Below are positions 57,002 through 64,000 of a stretch of DNA of 64,000 bases, one piece after another (within the stretch, counting starts at the first letter, position 1; each line of letters opens with the position of its first letter). A model generated the notes under the pieces. The model was not told the DNA's origin. It saw only the letters and a list, made by a program, of their open reading frames with translations, and made no database searches. The DNA lies in the NCBI GenBank assembly GCA_963668025.2, contig CAXXTH010000023.1, forward strand, positions 224,001 to 288,000. The letters run 5' to 3'. The translations under genes and the position numbers were made by a program. The DNA comes from Candidatus Hydrogenedentota bacterium (GTDB lineage: Bacteria; Hydrogenedentota; Hydrogenedentia; Hydrogenedentales; SLHB01).

Positions 57002-58780
57002 CTACTCTTCGACCATCGTAATAGAATCCACCGATGTTTTTCCGGCCAGCGCCGCGCCTCCCCAGAGCCTGCCCACGTCTACTCGGAACTGCGTGATGGT
57101 GTCTTTCCAGGCTTCATTGTCTTGGGTCTCGATGACATACCGGACGTATTTACGCGAATTGGGTTTCTGGCCGATGTTGATGACTTTGTTGTTCGCGCCC
57201 CAGGCGGCGTCTTTGTCCGTGATCCAATAAAGATCAATGCCGTTCGCATTGGATTCATTCTTGAGGCATACCGCCACCTTGTCCACGCATCGGGCGTTTA
57301 TCGTGAGCCCCGCTGGACTCAGCATGAATGCGTCCGAGCGGTCCGTATTGAACTCGCCGCAAACGGCATGGATATCTCCATCGTTTGTGAGTGCGGTTTT
57401 GCTCATGCCTTCCATGGTCCAGCCTTCCAGCGAAGCGCCATCAAAGAGATAATTCTTCCCACGGCCCAGCGCCTCGGATTCTCCCACGAAGAATGTGCGC
57501 GTGAGCGTGCGCAACGGGGCGCTTTCACCCGATGGCAATGGATGCGCCACCGTAAATATGCCGGTAATGCTGTCCAAGGCGGGCCTGTTGCCGCCATTCG
57601 GTGTTACGAACGCCAGCTTCACCCGCTGCTCCGACTGGGGGGCCAGTTTCACATCGAGCGAACCCGGCAACAGGGCGAGCGTGGCGGTAGGCGTCATGAG
57701 CGCGTTCATACTTACTTCCACCCTCGAGTCGTTCCGCAATATAAGCATGGCGCTGCCATTTCCTGAATCGGAGTAGGCGGGAAGGGAGAAGGCTACATCC
57801 ACATTGTTTTTGACGCCTTGTAGTTTCATGACGCTTTCACAATCCTTGCTCAAAATGAAATCATCTTTTAGAATCCCATCGAGCGTGAGATTCACGATAT
57901 CGGGCTTGCCGCCATTCATCGCCACCCACATCACCTGGTCAACCGCGCCATAGGTGGTGCCCCAGAAATCCTTCATGCCGCCGGTCACCCCTAATGTGTA
58001 GTACTCCAACCCGTTGACATCATGTTTGCCGTACATATGATTGTGCCCGGCAATGACCGTATGCGGTTTACCCTCGAGCAGCTTCTCGATGGGCTCCCAG
58101 AGGTCGGGCCGGGCCTCGGGGCATTTCGCCCAAATCGGGCGGTGCATGAAGGCGAAGATCCAGCGCGGATTCGGATTTTCCTCGAGTGCGCGCTTGATCA
58201 TATCCATCTGCGCCTCGCTGATGGAACTCCAGCTATCGGTGCGGTAGGGATCTTCCGTGTTGAGGCAAAGAAACAGCACATCCTTATATACAAATGAATA
58301 GAAGCTTTTACCGAAACGTGTGCGCCAAATCTCTTCCTGCTTCGTGGAACTCATATCATGGTTGCCCGGCACCCGGAAGAAGGGCATGGTGAATTGATTC
58401 GCCATTGCGTCAAATTCATCCCATTGCCGCACCAGCTCCGCTTCATCCGGCAGATACCCTTGAACGAGATCCCCCACACTCATGACGAACTCGGGATGCA
58501 GCAGATTGAGTTTTTGAACAGCGTCTTCGAAAACGCCTGGCCGGAACCCAGCGGTCCGGTCCGCCACGATGGCGAATTGAAAGTCCTGTGGATCGTTATC
58601 GAAATTCAGGTTGGTCCAGGGGGCAGGGGCCGTCGTTTTTTCCAGGTTAGTGACAGAATGGGAAGAAAAAGTGTTGCAAGATGCCATGGATACAACTAAA
58701 ACGGCGAACAGGGCGATATGGCTACACTTGTTTGTCAATTCCGGCATGACGGCTCGCCTCCTCCTTTTGTTACTTTCCAT
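57002..58780 (-). CDS. Exported calcineurin-like metallophosphoesterase with C-terminal beta domains
   Basis: IVADRT, VGDLVQG, PGNHD, FMHRP, AGHNH; lipobox-like MASC. Confidence 0.85.
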   Translation of the reverse strand: MESNKRRRRAVMPELTNKCSHIALFAVLVVSMASCNTFSSHSVTNLEKTTAPAPWTNLNFDNDPQDFQFAIVADRTAGFRPGVFEDAVQKLNLLHPEFVMSVGDLVQGYLPDEAELVRQWDEFDAMANQFTMPFFRVPGNHDMSSTKQEEIWRTRFGKSFYSFVYKDVLFLCLNTEDPYRTDSWSSISEAQMDMIKRALEENPNPRWIFAFMHRPIWAKCPEARPDLWEPIEKLLEGKPHTVIAGHNHMYGKHDVNGLEYYTLGVTGGMKDFWGTTYGAVDQVMWVAMNGGKPDIVNLTLDGILKDDFILSKDCESVMKLQGVKNNVDVAFSLPAYSDSGNGSAMLILRNDSRVEVSMNALMTPTATLALLPGSLDVKLAPQSEQRVKLAFVTPNGGNRPALDSITGIFTVAHPLPSGESAPLRTLTRTFFVGESEALGRGKNYLFDGASLEGWTMEGMSKTALTNDGDIHAVCGEFNTDRSDAFMLSPAGLTINARCVDKVAVCLKNESNANGIDLYWITDKDAAWGANNKVINIGQKPNSRKYVRYVIETQDNEAWKDTITQFRVDVGRLWGGAALAGKTSVDSITMVEE

Positions 58781-59256
58781 GATTTTTAATCAGTTATATT
58801 AGCGTTATATTTTTCACTATATAACATATTCTAGTAAAAGGCAACGTCTCTAGATGGATTTCGCACAATGATGTTTGTTCTTAATATATAATATGTTATA
58901 AGGATTTGAAGCTCATCTTGTATTTGATAATGCCAGAATATACCAAATATTTCGCAAGTGATAGAATGTTTAAATGCATGTATTTTCACTATATTTTTCA
59001 TAAAGTAAATTTTACCTGTCCTTACGAGTTATTGACGCACCTCAAAAGAATTGAATCACTGTGGAGTATCGTTAACTATCAAGGAAAGCAGGCGAGCCAG
59101 GCTTCCAGTAATCCAGCGCATGCAACTTTTCGTGGCGTCCGGTAATATTATTGACACTCGATGGCGTATGCCCCCGCATTGAATCCTGAGGAACGGAATC
59201 GAGCGCTTGCCAGTGATAGGATTATTTAAAGGCTTATTTTCTATATAAATAAAAAA

Positions 59257-59757
59257 ATGGGTTATTTGGGTATGCTAAGTTACAAGAAACATATGGGCCA
59301 TATGGCCAAAATCACGTTGGTTGCCGTGCTTCTCGTCACGTGTACGCCGGGATGCGTGATGCGCGCGTGTTATAAATCGGCGTTCCGATTTGAAGGAAAG
59401 CTGGTGAACCAATGTGGACAATCCATATCCGGCGGCGATGTCTATTTCGGTTCCTGTGCTCCACAAGCGAAAGACGGAGAAAAGGCGACGCCATGGGGTC
59501 AGACCGCCGCCGATGGCGCTTTTTCGGTTTGCACAGAAAGATTCTGGTATTCGCATAAATACCTGATCTTAACACCGGAAATATGGTTATTTCGACTAGA
59601 TAAGGATCTTGCTTTTCCTCTTACTTTCGAGAAGCCTGGCTATGAAATCTTTGACATCCGTGTTTCCGAGAAAGACGGCGTATCCGATGGCAGCGGCACT
59701 ATCGTCTTTCGCTTGGGTGAATTGACCATGAAGCAAGTTGCAGCCCTCAAAAACTGA
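59257..59757 (+). CDS. Hypothetical lipoprotein
   Basis: Hydrophobic leader ending TPGC; start uncertain. Confidence 0.55.
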   Translation: MGYLGMLSYKKHMGHMAKITLVAVLLVTCTPGCVMRACYKSAFRFEGKLVNQCGQSISGGDVYFGSCAPQAKDGEKATPWGQTAADGAFSVCTERFWYSHKYLILTPEIWLFRLDKDLAFPLTFEKPGYEIFDIRVSEKDGVSDGSGTIVFRLGELTMKQVAALKN

Positions 59758-59760
59758 TTT

Positions 59761-59880
59761 TTCAACACAAAGGCACGAAGACACAAAGGGATAAATGGTA
59801 TTGAGTTTGGATTAAATCCGTGTCATCTGTGTCATCAGTGGTAGAAAATCTTCGTGTTCTTCGTGCCCGTCGTGGTGAAA
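59761..59880. repeat. Cluster of short 8-10-bp periodic repeats in inverted arrangement
   Basis: ttcaacacaaaggcacgaagacacaaag ... atccgtgtcatctgtgtcatcagtgg ... cttcgtgttcttcgtgcccgtcgtggtgaa. Confidence 0.7.
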
Positions 59881-59941
59881 GAATCCGGTTCGTCACACCC
59901 AGCGATAGCCCACTGCTTCCCGCCTATGTTATGCTCCCTGC

Positions 59942-61852
59942 ATGGATACGGTTACCCGCGTAGAGAGCATCGAGCGGCTCGATTTTGGCGATTCGCCCGA
60001 TCAGCGCAAGAGCCCCGAGGAATTCCTCAAGACCTTTGACTTGGCGGACGTGCCGACGTCGCCGGGCTGCTATCTCATGCGCGACCTCAAAGATCGTGTG
60101 ATCTATGTGGGCAAAGCCAACAGCCTGCGCGCGCGCGTGCGGGCGTATATCAACGAGAGCGACACGCGCTACCGCGTGAAGTTTCTCATGCAGCGCGTAG
60201 CCCATATCGACTTCCTCGTGACGCGCAACGAGAAGGAAGCCCTCCTGCTCGAAAACAGCCTCATCAAGGAGCACCGTCCGCGCTATAACGTCCGGTTGAA
60301 GGACGACAAGTCCTATGTCAGCCTTCGGGTGAATGTCCAGCATGATTTTCCCCGCATCACGATCACGCGCCATCTGAAGCGCGACGGGGCGCGCTATTTT
60401 GGCCCCTATTCGAGCGCCCGTGATGTCCGCGAGACCTTGCGCCAGCTTCAGCGCGTGTTTCCGTTGCGTACGTGCCCCGACGCCGTCCTGCGGAGCCGCG
60501 CCCGGCCTTGCTTGTATCACCAAATGGGACAGTGTTCCGCGCCGTGCGTGGGCTATATCGGCCGGGAGGCCTACGCGGAAATCGTCAAGCAGGCCGTCAT
60601 GGTGATCGAGGGCCGGAGCGATGAACTCGAAAAACTGCTCCTTGAACGCATCCAGGAATTGGCGGACCGGCTCGAATTCGAGCAGGCCGCCGCGCTACGC
60701 GACCGCGTGTTCGCCTTACGGAAGACCCTCGAACGGCAGCGCACGGTCCAAAATAGTGAAGCGGGCGACCGCGATGTGTTCGGCCTGTATCTCGATGGCC
60801 GGTTCAGCGAGATCCAAGTGCTTTTTTATCGCGGGGGGCGTATGACGGGCGGGCGCTCGTTCTCGTTCAATCACCGCGAGATGCCCATGGAGGAAGTGCT
60901 AAGCTCGTTCCTGCTGCAATATTACTCGGAGACCGCCGCGCCGCCATCGGAAATCCTCCTCCCGCTTCCGCTGGATGCTATGGACGCACTCCAGGAAATC
61001 CTGCACGAACAGCACGGCGAACGGGTGGCGCTGTTGCATCCCCAGCGCGGTGCGAAGCGCGACCTTGTGGACCTTGCCAATCGGAACGCCAAGAGCAGTT
61101 TCGAGGAGAAGCGCCTCGCGGAGCGGGCCGCCGCGGATACGCTCGAACAGGTGAAGGAATCGCTGGACCTTGCGCGCACGCCCCAGCGCATCGAGTGTTT
61201 CGACATCTCGACCATCCAGGGTGAAAAGTCCGTGGGGTCCATGGTGGCGTTCACGGGCGGCGTTCCCGACAAGGCGCGCTACCGCCGATACGCCATCAAG
61301 CAGGTCGAAGGGCAGGACGATTTCGCCATGATGCGGGAAGTCCTCATGCGCCGTTATACGCGGGCCGTTGCGGAGGATGACAAGCCGGACTTGGTGCTCA
61401 TCGATGGCGGCAAAGGCCAGCTCAACGTGGCGGGGGCAGTGCTGCGCGACTTGGGCATCGACGACCTTGACCTTGCGTCCATCGCCAAGTCCCGCGCACT
61501 CGAGGAAGGCGGCCATTCTCCCGAACGCTTTTTCCGTCCGGGGCGCATGAACCCGATCATCCTGCCGCAGAACAGCCCCGTGGTCCATCTCCTCGCGCGG
61601 GTGCGCGACGAGGCCCACCGCTTCGCCATCACGTACCATCGCAAGCGCCGTTCCGCCGCCACGCTGCGTACGGCCCTCGTGGACATTCCAGGCGTCGGCC
61701 CCAAACGGGCGCAGGCCTTGCTGAAAGCGTTAGGCTCGGTTGCCCGCGTGCGTGAGGCGTCCATCGAGGAGATCGCCTCCGTTCCCGGTTTCAGCGAGAT
61801 CCTGGCCCGGACCGTCCTCGAGCATCTCAAGCCGAAGACAGCGGAACGCTAA
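59942..61852 (+). CDS. uvrC: Excinuclease ABC subunit C
   Basis: PGCY.M....VIYVGKA.SLR.RV, P.YNV.LKDDKSY, RIECFDIS, LIDGGKGQ, RDEAHRFAI, HhH. Confidence 0.97.
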   Translation: MDTVTRVESIERLDFGDSPDQRKSPEEFLKTFDLADVPTSPGCYLMRDLKDRVIYVGKANSLRARVRAYINESDTRYRVKFLMQRVAHIDFLVTRNEKEALLLENSLIKEHRPRYNVRLKDDKSYVSLRVNVQHDFPRITITRHLKRDGARYFGPYSSARDVRETLRQLQRVFPLRTCPDAVLRSRARPCLYHQMGQCSAPCVGYIGREAYAEIVKQAVMVIEGRSDELEKLLLERIQELADRLEFEQAAALRDRVFALRKTLERQRTVQNSEAGDRDVFGLYLDGRFSEIQVLFYRGGRMTGGRSFSFNHREMPMEEVLSSFLLQYYSETAAPPSEILLPLPLDAMDALQEILHEQHGERVALLHPQRGAKRDLVDLANRNAKSSFEEKRLAERAAADTLEQVKESLDLARTPQRIECFDISTIQGEKSVGSMVAFTGGVPDKARYRRYAIKQVEGQDDFAMMREVLMRRYTRAVAEDDKPDLVLIDGGKGQLNVAGAVLRDLGIDDLDLASIAKSRALEEGGHSPERFFRPGRMNPIILPQNSPVVHLLARVRDEAHRFAITYHRKRRSAATLRTALVDIPGVGPKRAQALLKALGSVARVREASIEEIASVPGFSEILARTVLEHLKPKTAER

Positions 61853-61886
61853 CCGGAGCTGGTTCGAAAAAACAGTTTTTCCGGAA

Positions 61887-62852
61887 TTATTCGGCAGGCT
61901 GGATATTTTCCAATGGCTGGACATTGCCCCGCACGATTTGCCGGACGCCACTGGGGGCGGCCCATTTCACGGCGTTGTAGATTACTTTCAGCACATTTTC
62001 ATCATAGTAAATAGGAAATGTTTCGTGGCCCGGCCGGAAATAGAAAATCTTGCCTAGGCCGCGATGCCAGCAGCAGCCGCTTCGGAACACTTCACCTCCC
62101 TGGAACCAGCTCACAAACACCAACTCATCGGGCTTGGGGATATCAAAGTGCTCACCGTACATTTCCGTGTGAGGCAGCTCGAAATATGGGGGCAAGCCAT
62201 CCGCGATGGGGTGCGCCGGGTCCACAACCCACAGGCGTTCTTTTTCCCCCATCTCACGCCAATTCACATCGCAGCTTGTTCCCATAAACCTCTTGAACAT
62301 CTTGGAGCCTTGCGCGCTATGCAGCGCGATGAAGCCCATGCCTTGCGCCGTCACCCGTTGATACACCCGCTCGACATGCTCGTCGGTCACATCGTAGTTT
62401 CCCACATGGCCCCACCACGTTATGACATCCGTGTTGTTCAGGATTGCTTCACTTAATCCTTGTTCCTCGTCGTCTATCTCGGATACATGGACCGATGCGA
62501 TGCCTTTCTGCTTTTCGAGATACTGCGCGATTTGGTATCCCATCCCCTGCGGATAGACTTTTTTTGCCGCCTCGTCCTTCTTTTCATGAATCCCTTCATT
62601 CCATACGGTCACTCGAATCCCGTTCACTTCAGGACCGTTCGGTTTTGCTTCGGCTTGGCTTTGGGGAACACTTTGATTGTCCGCCGGCGCCGCGCCAAGC
62701 TCAGTCGTTGCTTTGGCATCACTCGCTTGGGCTGTTGGCGCATTATTCTGTACTTCCGTTTGCGCGTTTATCGGACTTGTCAGGCAACACACCGCAGCCG
62801 CCACCAGGATTGCAGCCAATATGCTCCAATAACGCATTTCTTTTCCCTCCAA
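61887..62852 (-). CDS. thuA: ThuA (trehalose utilisation) family protein with signal peptide
   Basis: VTVWNE..HE, VYP.GM, WWGH, LHS, EMYGEHFDIP.PD, FYFRPGHET. Confidence 0.85.
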   Translation of the reverse strand: MEGKEMRYWSILAAILVAAAVCCLTSPINAQTEVQNNAPTAQASDAKATTELGAAPADNQSVPQSQAEAKPNGPEVNGIRVTVWNEGIHEKKDEAAKKVYPQGMGYQIAQYLEKQKGIASVHVSEIDDEEQGLSEAILNNTDVITWWGHVGNYDVTDEHVERVYQRVTAQGMGFIALHSAQGSKMFKRFMGTSCDVNWREMGEKERLWVVDPAHPIADGLPPYFELPHTEMYGEHFDIPKPDELVFVSWFQGGEVFRSGCCWHRGLGKIFYFRPGHETFPIYYDENVLKVIYNAVKWAAPSGVRQIVRGNVQPLENIQPAE

Positions 62853-63249
62853 GCTTTAGTGTTCCGTTATGGATTAATATTACTGTTTATATAATTAGGG
62901 CATCACTATTTCTTCTTGGTGTGTGTTTTAATTTTACCGGATTCGCGAGTGTTTCATGCCCAACGATATATGTGCATGCACCTGCGAACCTACCGCGCCT
63001 TGTACTCTAAAAACCGCTTTTGGGCCTGTTGTAAATGGCTACAACCAAATCCCTTCTCAAGGGCATGCTTATTAAGTATACTCAGTATGCCCAGACAAGG
63101 GCGGGAACACAAGCACTTTTTTACGTAACGTCCCATTTTTTCTTACACCTGCTCGAAGTGGAGTCATAAGCTTCTTTCAGGCCAGGTATTACGGGAAGAC
63201 ACTTCCATTCCATACAAAGACTTCTTTGCCTTTTGGCGGAGAAAGGCGG

Positions 63250-63969
63250 CTATGCTCCCATCGCGATCACCTGTTGTGTCGCGTGGGCGCGGGAGAGCAG
63301 GGGCGTGATGAGATCGGTCCATCGTGGCGCTTGGTCGAGGATGCGTGCGTCGGAAGTCGCGACGATGGCCTGGACCAAGCAGAGGCGCGCATCCACGCCG
63401 TTAGCCAGTTCCACTTCCCATGGCCAGCCGTTTTGTGATGCAAGTTCTTCGAGCATTTGTTTCAGGCGTCCGCTGTTGGACACGGGCGCATCGAATAGCC
63501 AATGGACGTGCGTGGGGGCGCATTCGGCCAGGAATGCGCCGATAAGATTGAGGGCGCCGAGGGTTTCCTCGACGCGGCGATAAGAGCCGTGGACACTGGC
63601 CATATCGCGCACGCACCCGTCGCGTCCGCGAAGCAGCACGCCGTCTGACAACATGCTCTCGGCTATGATGAGCAGGTTATAACCATCGATATACAGCGTC
63701 TGTCCGTTCAAGGCCTCAAATGGAATGCGCCGTGCGGCGCGCCCATCACGGGCGGCGTCCGAGCAGGCGGCGCGCATGACCGCTTGGCGCTGGCGTACGG
63801 CGAGCTGGTAATGATCGCCCACCAAGGTGCTGGCGGCATCGGCGGCGTAGCCCCGTGTGAAGAGGAACGATAGGTCCGCTACCGCTTCGCGCAATATCGG
63901 TATCCATTTGGGGCTGAACAAAGCATCGTCTTGTGGATGCCGCCCGCGATGCCGTTGTCTGGCATACAT
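63250..63969 (-). CDS. DUF434 family PIN-like protein
   Basis: A..DL.FL..RGY, VGDHYQL..RQR, IDGYNLLI, DG.VRDMA, D.PVSNSG.L, TSD..ILD. Confidence 0.8.
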   Translation of the reverse strand: MYARQRHRGRHPQDDALFSPKWIPILREAVADLSFLFTRGYAADAASTLVGDHYQLAVRQRQAVMRAACSDAARDGRAARRIPFEALNGQTLYIDGYNLLIIAESMLSDGVLLRGRDGCVRDMASVHGSYRRVEETLGALNLIGAFLAECAPTHVHWLFDAPVSNSGRLKQMLEELASQNGWPWEVELANGVDARLCLVQAIVATSDARILDQAPRWTDLITPLLSRAHATQQVIAMGA

Positions 63970-64000
63970 TATGAAAGCCTCGGCGTCATGGATGGCCTTC

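Overview
GC-rich bacterial chromosome segment. The DUF1559 prepilin style and the PASTA/CTERM surface proteins suggest Candidatus Hydrogenedentota or a PVC-like lineage (inference only). 1-20 kb holds housekeeping genes (argH, aconitase, tsaC, RidA, a large GH13, tRNA-Phe/tRNA-Thr, mntH-USP, stand-alone rpsD) plus two IS elements, one a complete ISKra4-like element with inverted repeats, a 9-bp target duplication and a probable -1 frameshift. 20-30 kb is a surface-polysaccharide cluster. About 30-58.8 kb is a large catabolic island with no recognisable transporter. It contains a GH-A hydrolase, three paralogous secreted proteins with a WFYDPxGCxC motif, a URO-D-family protein, an FGGY kinase-aminotransferase III-Glu dehydrogenase operon, a divergent DUF1559 pilin pair, tandem CBM9-like/PASTA proteins and an Asp-box propeller sharing a (V/M)PAA-TM-basic C-terminal tail, a Zn-dehydrogenase and a phosphoesterase. 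A shared 16-bp palindromic operator recurs at most of the island's promoters, and the local GntR-LacI regulator is multiply frameshifted. uvrC, ThuA and DUF434 end the window. Several small intergenic repeat families are scattered throughout (GTAG REP-like palindromes, 9-bp-period GATC arrays, inverted CACAAAG arrays). All calls come from reading the sequence; no database searches were run.
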